Shown one piece after another: positions 26,496 through 34,613 of a stretch of 64,000 nt of DNA. The stretch's first letter is position 1, and every line of letters starts with the position of its first letter. The position numbers and the translations under genes were made by a program. The notes beneath the pieces are model-generated. The model saw nothing but the letters and a program-made list of their open reading frames with translations, did not search any database and was not told the origin of the DNA. Origin of the DNA: Thermoplasmata archaeon (GTDB lineage Archaea; Thermoplasmatota; Thermoplasmata; Thermoplasmatales; GCA-001856825). Where the stretch lies: positions 17,221-81,220 of the forward strand of contig JAKAUZ010000084.1 of the NCBI GenBank assembly GCA_021817415.1, given 5' to 3'.

Positions 26496-27068
26496 TCAGG
26501 AGTTCTTTGAATCACTTACTGCTGCTAATTTGCTGCCATCCAGAAGCCCTCTTCCATCAAGATAATCAACAATCATTCTCAGACTTTCATCAATTGAATG
26601 TTTGTCAGTATCTATCACCAGATCTGGATTCAGCGGTTCTTCGTAAGTGTCTTGCAGGCCAGTCAGATTCGTTATTTCACCAGCAAGCGCTTTCTTGTAC
26701 AATCCCTTCGGGTCTCTTTTGATCAGAACATCGATCGGGCACCTTATGTATATTTCAACGAAATTGTCAATTTCCTGTCTCGCTTTTTCCCTTATCTCCC
26801 TGTAGGGAGAGATCAGTGGGACAAGAGTGATGACTCCATTCCTTGCCAGGAGCTTTGCGACGTATATAACCCTCTCATTGTGCTTCTCCCGATCCTCTTT
26901 TGAAAATCCCAGGTCTTTTGACAGCCCCTTCCTTATTTCATCCCCGTCTAGAATCTCAATTTTCTTGCCACCATTATTGAAATATTCGCTGAGTCTTGTA
27001 GCCAGGGTTGTTTTCCCGGATCCGGAAAGTCCTGTAAACCATAATACGAACCCCTTGTCATCTGACAT
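26496..27068 (-). CDS. cysC: adenylylsulfate (APS) kinase
   Basis: P-loop GFVLWFTGLSGSGKTTLA, then LDGDEIR and FVEIYIRCP. Confidence 0.85.
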   Translation of the reverse strand: MSDDKGFVLWFTGLSGSGKTTLATRLSEYFNNGGKKIEILDGDEIRKGLSKDLGFSKEDREKHNERVIYVAKLLARNGVITLVPLISPYREIREKARQEIDNFVEIYIRCPIDVLIKRDPKGLYKKALAGEITNLTGLQDTYEEPLNPDLVIDTDKHSIDESLRMIVDYLDGRGLLDGSKLAAVSDSKNS

Positions 27069-28455
27069 AGTCTATCCCCTCCATTGGCTCGCCCTTTATT
27101 CCATACTTCTTTCGCACATTGTATAACTCAAGTATCGTAGGAGCTACTCTGAATATGGATGAATCAATATTTTTGCCAATCTTCCTGTTTTTTCTGAACA
27201 TTATATAGATTCCATCGTAGTCGTGGACGGCATCATCAGGTCCAGTATCATTCTCGAACATATAATCGGATTCATAACCCAGGGTGCCGGCAGCTCGCCA
27301 GTTTAGATCATCAAGATAGACAAACAGGTCGGATCTATCCCCATTCACAATTTCATATTTCTCTTCCGGCTCAAAGACTATGGTATTCCAGTGTTCACCG
27401 TTTGGGCCTTTTATTTCCTTCAACTTTTGCTTCAGTGTCTCCAGCTCTTTCTTCACATCTTTCGGATCTATGACGCCTTCCGATTCTCTACCTTTGACAT
27501 TTAGGAAAATTCTCGCATAATAACCACCCCAGGCCCACGCCTTGGTCCTGGACCAATCAACTTTCAGGTCATCTAAGGACGCTCCTTGTTTCACGTGCTC
27601 ATCCTGTGTAACAAGGTAGCCCTCTCTAATTAGCCACTGGTTAATGGCAAAAGCGCCACTCATCCCTTTTGCACCATGATCGGAAACGATCAGGAGAACA
27701 GTATCATCATCCATTGAATCAACTATCTTTCCGATATGGGAGTCTACCATTTTGAAATACGCGATAAATTTGTCCTTCATTTCAGGGTTATCTTCATAGA
27801 GGTGGTGGTCCTTGTCAATATATCTCCAGAATGCATGATGTATCCTGTCTATTCCTATCTCGACCATGAAGAAGAAGTCCCATTGTTTCTCCTTCAAAAT
27901 CTTCTCGACTAGCTTGAACCTTGTATCACTCATCTGGTGAATCTCTGTAATGATCTTCTCCTTCTCAGGTTTCCTGAATTTTACGTCAAATTGGTAATCT
28001 GGGAAATCTCTCATAATTTCATTCTTGAAACCTGGCGGGTAAGTGAATTCTTTTTCCTTGTCGGGGGTCAAGAAATCAGAGACCATTATACCCGGTATCG
28101 GTTTAGGAGGATAGGTTGGTGGCACCGCGACTATGATGCTCCTCTTGTTCCGGCGTCCGAGAATCTCCCATACCGTATCGAACTTTATGTCCCTTGAGGT
28201 GGGTATCTTTATCTGGTTGTAAGAGTTTCCAACTCTCGACCTGAAGCCATATAGCCCGAGTTCGCCTGGTGATCTTCCGGTTGCCATAACCATCCATGCA
28301 GGAATCGTGATTGGAGGATCACAGCTCCTCAGTTTCCCGTAGATCCCTTCCTGGGTTAATTTTGTAATATTTGGAAGGTAGTCCCTGAGTTTGTCAAACA
28401 TAATGACGGGCGCTGCACAGTCCAGCCCAACCACCATCACTTTCATCCTGTACAC
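27058..28455 (-). CDS. alkaline-phosphatase-superfamily enzyme (type I phosphodiesterase/nucleotide pyrophosphatase-like)
   Basis: 465 aa. The N-terminal metal-site region is VMVVGLDCAAP and a later motif is LLIVSDHGA. It overlaps cysC by 11 nt. Confidence 0.5.
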   Translation of the reverse strand: MYRMKVMVVGLDCAAPVIMFDKLRDYLPNITKLTQEGIYGKLRSCDPPITIPAWMVMATGRSPGELGLYGFRSRVGNSYNQIKIPTSRDIKFDTVWEILGRRNKRSIIVAVPPTYPPKPIPGIMVSDFLTPDKEKEFTYPPGFKNEIMRDFPDYQFDVKFRKPEKEKIITEIHQMSDTRFKLVEKILKEKQWDFFFMVEIGIDRIHHAFWRYIDKDHHLYEDNPEMKDKFIAYFKMVDSHIGKIVDSMDDDTVLLIVSDHGAKGMSGAFAINQWLIREGYLVTQDEHVKQGASLDDLKVDWSRTKAWAWGGYYARIFLNVKGRESEGVIDPKDVKKELETLKQKLKEIKGPNGEHWNTIVFEPEEKYEIVNGDRSDLFVYLDDLNWRAAGTLGYESDYMFENDTGPDDAVHDYDGIYIMFRKNRKIGKNIDSSIFRVAPTILELYNVRKKYGIKGEPMEGIDYVR

Positions 28456-28456
28456 C

Positions 28457-28675
28457 TCAATCCAAATAACCGAGAGATTTCAGTCTGTCCTTAACCTTTT
28501 TCTCGTCCTCTTCAGAGAACGCTTCCTTGTCATTACTGTGAGCTAGGATTTCCCTCAACACGAACGTCACATAGTCACTGACCGATGTAAAACCCGTGTC
28601 TTTGATTTTCGTCTGGATCTTTTCAAACAGTGGAGTAGGTATTGAAACAGTTGTGTATTTTTTTTCTTCTGCCAT
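28457..28675 (-). CDS. ribbon-helix-helix (CopG/Arc family) DNA-binding protein
   Basis: KKYTTVSIPTPLFEKIQTKIKDTGFTSVSDYVTFVLREIL shows a beta-strand plus two-helix RHH layout. Its stop lies 1 nt before the next gene start. Confidence 0.6.
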   Translation of the reverse strand: MAEEKKYTTVSIPTPLFEKIQTKIKDTGFTSVSDYVTFVLREILAHSNDKEAFSEEDEKKVKDRLKSLGYLD

Positions 28676-28945
28676 AGCCAAAGAATTAAGCTTAATTACT
28701 TATAATTTATTATAATTACATCTAATTAAGAGCTATCAAATAGAGGTGATTCTCCGCAATATCCCCTGGAAGTACCATTCTGCAGGCTGAATCGATTTTA
28801 AGTTTTATATTGAATCAGATGAGCGGGGACGACCAAAGTGTTCCTTCTAGCCCCTCTCTTGATTTCTCCCAATAAGTCGATGAGGACTCATAATTTTCAA
28901 TAGTCAGATAACTTTAAATATAATTTACCTATCAAGACCTTACTG

Positions 28946-29236
28946 GTGATAACCGTGGCAGAAAATAACACTATTTTCATAGGCAAAAAGCCAACAGAAA
29001 ATTATGTATTCAGCACAATAATGCTCTTCACAAATGGAGCGAACGAGGTATCCATAAAGGCCAGAGGAATGGCCATAAAAAGGGCAGTAGACGTTGCAGA
29101 GATCGTGAAGAACAGAATGGAATCAATGATGAAATCTACCGTGAAGTACGGAGATATTAAAATTGCTACAGAGAAAGTACAGAGGGAAGATGGAGAAAGC
29201 AACGTTTCTTCAATAGAAATAGTTCTGAAGAAGTAG
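28946..29236 (+). CDS. albA: Alba chromatin/RNA-binding protein
   Basis: NTIFIGKKPTENYVFSTIMLFTNGANEVSIKARGMAIKRAVDVAEIVKNR. Confidence 0.9.
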   Translation: MITVAENNTIFIGKKPTENYVFSTIMLFTNGANEVSIKARGMAIKRAVDVAEIVKNRMESMMKSTVKYGDIKIATEKVQREDGESNVSSIEIVLKK

Positions 29237-29277
29237 ATGGACGAACCATCTACGTACTTTTTTAAAATTAATTCATA

Positions 29278-31068
29278 ATGTTTGAGATTCTTCACCGCGA
29301 TGGGCCAGCGAGAATAGGCAAGCTGTCTGTCGGCGGTAAAGTAATTCATACCCCAACCATTTTGCCAGTCATTCATCCTTTCAAGCCAGAGCCCTGGATT
29401 AGCCAGATCAGGGAATTAAGGCTGGAAGGATTGATAACAAACTCCTACATCTTGAAAAAGGGCAACTACCCAAATGGAAAAGACCTGCACGATTTCCTGA
29501 ATTTTGATGGGATGATAATGACAGACTCAGGTACTTTTCAGGAACACATGTATGGAGAAATCAAAGAGGGAAACCTGGAAATGGTCCAATTTCAAGATCA
29601 GGTAGGATCTGACATAATCACTATCAGGGATGTTTTTTCAGAATTCGATCAGGAAAGAGAGGAAATCCTGTCTGGTCTCAAGGAGACCTATAGACGCGGT
29701 CTGGAGGCAAGGGAGGCATCAAAAGGATACCTGGCATATCCGGTGCAGGGAGGGATTTACAGTGATCTGAGGATTGAGAGCGCTTCACTAATGCAGTCTC
29801 TGGGTGGTGAATATTATCCAATAGGAGGAATAGTCCCGTTAATGGAGAGATACAGGTATGAAGATGTGGTCAACATAATCATCAATTCAAGGAAGGGACT
29901 CAGGACATCATCAGTTGTACATGCATTTGGGGCGGGGCATCCAATGTTCTTTCCGATACTTTTTCTATCCGGTGTAGACGTGGTGGATTCATCATCTTAT
30001 ATCAAATACGCAAGAGAAGGCAGAATCTTGACTGACACTGGAACAATTGAGTTGGATGAAATTGCCGAGGAACTGCCACCTTCGCCTTACTTCGATAGTT
30101 TGACTTTAGATGAGCTCAGGAAAATGCCAGAGGGTGAAAGAAGAGAAATTATAGGGAAGCACAACCTATACGTTACAGTCAAGGAAATTTCCAAAATCAG
30201 GGAGCAGATAAGAAAAGAGAATCTGTGGAACTACGTTGAATATAGGGTCAGGGCGCATCCACTGCTTCTAGGGGCCTATCAGGCACTGCTGAAACACTAT
30301 GAATACATGGAAAAATTTGAGTCAAGATCAAAAAAATCCCCCGTATTCTTTTCAGGAAAAGAGACCCTAGAGAGGCCCCTTGTGAGAAGATTCATCGATA
30401 AGGAAAGAAAGAGAAGATCCGGTGTTGTCATTGAAAGGAAACCATATTCATATTTCGCAATGAATCCCGCTGATTTTGTCAGGACGCCTTTTGGCACAAT
30501 TTCATTGTACCTTGACGAAACTTACCCTGTCGCACAGTCTCTTTTCCCCGGGGAATACTACGAAAAGGACATTTCATTCGAAAAATTCAGGAATCCAGAA
30601 TGGAATGATTTCCTCAGAGAAAAGGTGAATTATATTTTCAATTACCAGTTTGGGGTCAAACTTTTCAAAATCATTGACAAGAACGAAATGGGTTTTGTCA
30701 TAAGCAAGAATACGGGTAAAATTAGGAACGTGACTTACAGGAATGAAATACTCATCTCATTGAGGGCAACGGACGGCTTATTCAGCCTGAATATGACAAG
30801 TGCGAAATTGCTGCATGCCGCTCTTCAATATCCCAAGTTAAGAATTGCTGTAGATCAGGAGATCTCCTCATTCATCAAGGAAGGTAGAAACGTTTTCTGT
30901 AAGTTCGTCAAAGAAGCTGATCGAGAGTTGAGGCCAGGAGATGAGGTCTTGATAGTTGACGATGCTGATAATCTGCTCTCCTACGGGAGGACGTTACTGA
31001 ACAGGGAAGAGATGCTGGAGTTCAAATCAGGAATGGCCGCTAAAAATAGGCTCAAGAGCACTGAATGA
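29278..31068 (+). CDS. tgtA: archaeosine tRNA-guanine transglycosylase family protein (ArcTGT-like) with a C-terminal PUA domain
   Basis: MFEILHRDGPARIGKL, ITNSY, MTDSGTFQ, IGGIVPL, HAFGAGHP and VVDSSSY line up with my memory of Pyrococcus ArcTGT. The C-terminal PUA-like region reads LRPGDEVLIVDD...GRTLL. The CxCxxC zinc motif is absent (see findings). Confidence 0.75.
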   Translation: MFEILHRDGPARIGKLSVGGKVIHTPTILPVIHPFKPEPWISQIRELRLEGLITNSYILKKGNYPNGKDLHDFLNFDGMIMTDSGTFQEHMYGEIKEGNLEMVQFQDQVGSDIITIRDVFSEFDQEREEILSGLKETYRRGLEAREASKGYLAYPVQGGIYSDLRIESASLMQSLGGEYYPIGGIVPLMERYRYEDVVNIIINSRKGLRTSSVVHAFGAGHPMFFPILFLSGVDVVDSSSYIKYAREGRILTDTGTIELDEIAEELPPSPYFDSLTLDELRKMPEGERREIIGKHNLYVTVKEISKIREQIRKENLWNYVEYRVRAHPLLLGAYQALLKHYEYMEKFESRSKKSPVFFSGKETLERPLVRRFIDKERKRRSGVVIERKPYSYFAMNPADFVRTPFGTISLYLDETYPVAQSLFPGEYYEKDISFEKFRNPEWNDFLREKVNYIFNYQFGVKLFKIIDKNEMGFVISKNTGKIRNVTYRNEILISLRATDGLFSLNMTSAKLLHAALQYPKLRIAVDQEISSFIKEGRNVFCKFVKEADRELRPGDEVLIVDDADNLLSYGRTLLNREEMLEFKSGMAAKNRLKSTE

Positions 31069-31075
31069 AAGAGCC

Positions 31076-31915
31076 TTGATTTTAAGAATCCAGTTTTCTC
31101 CGGCAAAAGGAGCAAAATTGCATGAGAAATCTTTAATTTTCACAATCAATAGCCTGAGTGTGCAGATAAGAAGGGCTGATCGCACTGAAGATTACTTCGC
31201 AGTTGAAAGAATACAGAGAGACATTTGGGGAATGGAAGGAGAATGCCCGGTCCCTGTTCCCATTCTGGTGGCAATGAACAATAATGGAGGACTTATTGAA
31301 GTTGCTGAAGAGGGTGGAAGAATAATTGGATTTAGCATGGCATTCCCCGGGAAACATAAGGGGAGAGAATTCCTGTATTCGCATATGGCCGGGGTCCTGA
31401 AAGAGTACAGAAACATGAACATTGGGTACCAGATCAAGATGCACCAGTTTGAATCAGCCAAGCTGATGGGTTACAATGAGGTCAGGTGGACATTTGATCC
31501 CCTTAAGGCAAGAAATTCTTATTTCAACACCCACAAGCTGAAAGCGTTTGCATTTGGTTACAAACTGAATTATTATGGCTTTATGGAAAGTAAGGAGAAT
31601 CGGGGAGTTGAATCTGACAGAATAGAGGCACACAGGTATATGGATAGGGAACCCCAAAAGACTGATGTCTTCATCAAGGTGAATCTTGCCAGTGGCAGTG
31701 TTGAGCAATCAGTTCATGAAGATTCCATTGGAATAGGAATCCCTGCAGACATTCCACAGACAGATACTGCTCTGGTGAACAAATGGAGGCATCTTACAAG
31801 AAGAGCAATATTGACTCTGGAGGAAAATGACTTCGTAATGGTAGATGTACTGAAGGATGGGGATGTTGATTACCTTATATTCTCAAAAAGGGAGAAATCC
31901 GGCCTATTGAGATAA
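31076..31915 (+). CDS. predicted GNAT-superfamily acetyltransferase (COG3375-like)
   Basis: The region IIGFSMAFPG...LYSHMAGVLKEYRNMNIGYQIKMHQFESAKLMGYNEVRWTFDPL resembles the acyl-CoA N-acyltransferase core. The start codon is uncertain. Confidence 0.5.
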   Translation: MILRIQFSPAKGAKLHEKSLIFTINSLSVQIRRADRTEDYFAVERIQRDIWGMEGECPVPVPILVAMNNNGGLIEVAEEGGRIIGFSMAFPGKHKGREFLYSHMAGVLKEYRNMNIGYQIKMHQFESAKLMGYNEVRWTFDPLKARNSYFNTHKLKAFAFGYKLNYYGFMESKENRGVESDRIEAHRYMDREPQKTDVFIKVNLASGSVEQSVHEDSIGIGIPADIPQTDTALVNKWRHLTRRAILTLEENDFVMVDVLKDGDVDYLIFSKREKSGLLR

Positions 31916-31917
31916 GG

Positions 31918-32151
31918 TCACATTGAGAATTCTTCGGCCTCAGGCTCCTTCCTTTTCTTGGGCATTTTCTTGTTTTTCCAGTAAGTTGTAACGTATCCTG
32001 CCACTAGGTTCTTCAACTTCTTTGAAGCATCCGGAAGCGCTTTGTTGACTATTTCCTTGTTATGAATGAAATCCTTGCTGAGGTTGACTTCGTATTTCTC
32101 ATATAGCTGTCTCGCAACTGTCTTGACTAATGTAGGCCTAATGGCACCCAT
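31918..32151 (-). CDS. rps17e: 30S ribosomal protein eS17
   Basis: MGAIRPTLVKTVARQLYEKY...; 77 aa and basic. Confidence 0.8.
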   Translation of the reverse strand: MGAIRPTLVKTVARQLYEKYEVNLSKDFIHNKEIVNKALPDASKKLKNLVAGYVTTYWKNKKMPKKRKEPEAEEFSM

Positions 32152-32207
32152 ACGACCTGAATAAATAATAACTAATTAAACATTTCATCTAATATTGTTT
32201 GTCAAAA

Positions 32208-33257
32208 TCATTTTTCAGAGAATTCTGCATTTCCCTTGAGAACCAGGAATATTGAGCCATACAGGGGTAGTACTTGCGTTCCCTCTGAAAGTTCAATAAT
32301 TTCGCCACCCAATTCAACTTTTGATTTCCTGATGACATTTATTCTTTCCTTTATCTCCTTGAACTCGTCAGGTATCGCCTCGATTAAAGGTTCAAAAGTG
32401 TCAATTTTTTTTGGGTCCACATCCATGACCATCAGGCCAGATTTGCCATGGATTCCTCCAGGAGTTCTGATAAGTCTATGAATGTCAATTGTCACTGGCT
32501 CATCTATCAAAGGGGAAAACTTTGAGTTCACCCGTAGCTTTGCAGCGGATTCAATCGCTCTTTCTATCCTGCTGTCATTCTTCTTTTCAAGGTCAGGAAT
32601 ATTCCTGCCTGTCATTTTTTCGAACTCTTCCTTCCATTTCTTCGCTTTCCTGATTTTTGATAGCATACTTTCCTTTTCGCTTTCAATCCTCTGGCTCCAC
32701 GCAGTCATTTTCTTCAGTCCATAATCTGGAAGGAGACATTTTCCCGTTATGTAATCAACTATTTCTCTTCTCTCCTGGCTCCCGAGATCATTGAAGATGG
32801 AGTAAACGTGCACGTGATAACCTCTACTTCCAGAAAACACTATTTCCATAGAATCATCGTTTATCCGGAAATCATCCCTCAATAGAAAAAGCAACTTCAT
32901 CAATTCGTTCTTGACAGCCCCCAGCATCTCTCCGTAAGTCATCTTGTCTGCATTTGGTATATGATCCCCATCTATGTCAAATATCAGGTCTGCTCCCTTC
33001 CATTCTTTAAAATCCATCTCAGCACTTGGATTTCCGTAATATGCACTGGAATAATAGAAGTGCAATGGAGTGTTGGTCCTGATGAAATCAGCCAATTCAC
33101 CCATCGACTGAAAAGAGGTATGCCTGGCCATTCCAGTTTTATCAAAGAAAGAAAAAGCCAGTTCTCTCTGCTTCAGTTCAGGTATCCTGAAGCTGGAGTG
33201 GCTTGAATAATATAAATCAAAAAAATACTTTGCTCTTCTTACAGAGAAATCATTCAT
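32208..33257 (-). CDS. priS: DNA primase small (catalytic) subunit PriS
   Basis: RELAFSF, the catalytic DxD in GADLIFDIDGDH, SGSRGYHVHV, and the LIRTPGGIHGKSG region. Confidence 0.9.
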   Translation of the reverse strand: MNDFSVRRAKYFFDLYYSSHSSFRIPELKQRELAFSFFDKTGMARHTSFQSMGELADFIRTNTPLHFYYSSAYYGNPSAEMDFKEWKGADLIFDIDGDHIPNADKMTYGEMLGAVKNELMKLLFLLRDDFRINDDSMEIVFSGSRGYHVHVYSIFNDLGSQERREIVDYITGKCLLPDYGLKKMTAWSQRIESEKESMLSKIRKAKKWKEEFEKMTGRNIPDLEKKNDSRIERAIESAAKLRVNSKFSPLIDEPVTIDIHRLIRTPGGIHGKSGLMVMDVDPKKIDTFEPLIEAIPDEFKEIKERINVIRKSKVELGGEIIELSEGTQVLPLYGSIFLVLKGNAEFSEK

Positions 33258-33798
33258 CCTTCTTCCTGTTGAATACGAAATACAGAATTGCCACAGACGC
33301 TATGACTCCAGCTATCAGCACGTATCCATATTCAGATCGCGTGCTGGGATTATTGAAGCTATACGGGGTGGAGTTGTAAAATCCCGGCAGTGCTCCAGCG
33401 TTTAGTTTTTCTTGGTTGCTGTAGCCGTCCCCCGTCGCATCCATGTAGGCAATTTGCTTGAATGCAAGTGTGACGTTGGCTGTCGTAAAGTTTCCTATTA
33501 CCTCCATGGCCTCAATGAATTCACCCCCATAAGGATTCAATCCGGTAAGGGAGGTATCGAAAAGTATGAAATCCTTATTCGGGCTGCTCTTCCAGTTATA
33601 TGTGGAGAAATTTGAACTGTATATTACCGGGTATGCGATGCTTACCCACTGTGCGTCAGTGATAGTTACATTGTACCCCTGATATGTTGTATAGGAAAGA
33701 GTAGGATAAATTGAAGCACCTTCTGCTCCTTGAATGTTAAGATAGCCCGTAGAGAGCAGCACTATGACAACGGCTATGAACAAGTGTTTCAAATTCAC
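33250..33798 (-). CDS. secreted, C-terminally membrane-anchored protein with N-glycosylation sequons
   Basis: Signal-like N-terminus MNLKHLFIAVVIVLLSTGYLNIQGA and C-terminal TM YVLIAGVIASVAILYFVF followed by NRKKDE. Several NxS/T sites are present. Confidence 0.5.
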   Translation of the reverse strand: MNLKHLFIAVVIVLLSTGYLNIQGAEGASIYPTLSYTTYQGYNVTITDAQWVSIAYPVIYSSNFSTYNWKSSPNKDFILFDTSLTGLNPYGGEFIEAMEVIGNFTTANVTLAFKQIAYMDATGDGYSNQEKLNAGALPGFYNSTPYSFNNPSTRSEYGYVLIAGVIASVAILYFVFNRKKDE

Positions 33799-33821
33799 GG
33801 AAGGGGATAAGATTATTGTCC

Positions 33822-34613
33822 TTAAAACTTTTCCTTAATAGCTTCTACGGCTGACAAAAAGAACCTGAATCCCATGCCCTGTCTGTTCTCGCCTCTAGTC
33901 CAATCTGACTCAGTCTCTCTGAAGAATACTCTTTCCGGGTGGGGCATCAGTCCCAGAACGTTCCCTCTATCATTGCACAGCCCGGCTATGTTCAGTACAG
34001 ATCCATTTGGATTCCAGGGGTAATCTGCCTCTTTACCCATGCTGTCCACATATGTCAGGACATTCATTTTTCTCCTTACGATCTCTTCTAGAATGGATTG
34101 GCTCTTCGGTACAAACCTTCCTTCCATGTGCGCGATTGGGAGCTTTATCACCTCACCATCCTCGAAATTCTTCAAGAACAGGCAGTTATTCTTCCTGACT
34201 CTTAAATAAATAGTTCTGGCCTCAAATCTGTTGGATATATTGACTGCCAGTGCAGCCTCTGTCTCCCATTTTCCCTGGGTATTGGGGAGTAAACCCAGTT
34301 CGATGAGAACCTGAAAGCCATTGCACGATCCCATTACTAAATTCCCCTGCTCGACAAAAGACTCAATGTCATTCAAAAGTTTTGCCTTGATTCTTGCGGC
34401 CATAATGGCCCCTGCTCTTATGTAGTCACCCGCTGAAAAACCTCCCGGAAAAAAGATCATATCATATTCACTGACCTTCCTTGCACCGCTCTCAAATTTC
34501 TTGATGTGAACTATTTCTGCTGCTGCCCCTGCATATTTTAAGGAATTGAACGCTTCAAATTCGTTGTTGGTGCCCTCCATGGTCACAACTGCCACTTTCG
34601 GCTCCCTGTTCAT
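33822..34613 (-). CDS. purQ: phosphoribosylformylglycinamidine synthase, glutaminase subunit PurQ
   Basis: KVAVVTMEGTNNE, the catalytic Cys in GSCNGFQVL, and MPHPER. The ATG at 34613 forms an ATGA overlap with the purL stop; the ORF-track start is 34631. Confidence 0.9.
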   Translation of the reverse strand: MNREPKVAVVTMEGTNNEFEAFNSLKYAGAAAEIVHIKKFESGARKVSEYDMIFFPGGFSAGDYIRAGAIMAARIKAKLLNDIESFVEQGNLVMGSCNGFQVLIELGLLPNTQGKWETEAALAVNISNRFEARTIYLRVRKNNCLFLKNFEDGEVIKLPIAHMEGRFVPKSQSILEEIVRRKMNVLTYVDSMGKEADYPWNPNGSVLNIAGLCNDRGNVLGLMPHPERVFFRETESDWTRGENRQGMGFRFFLSAVEAIKEKF

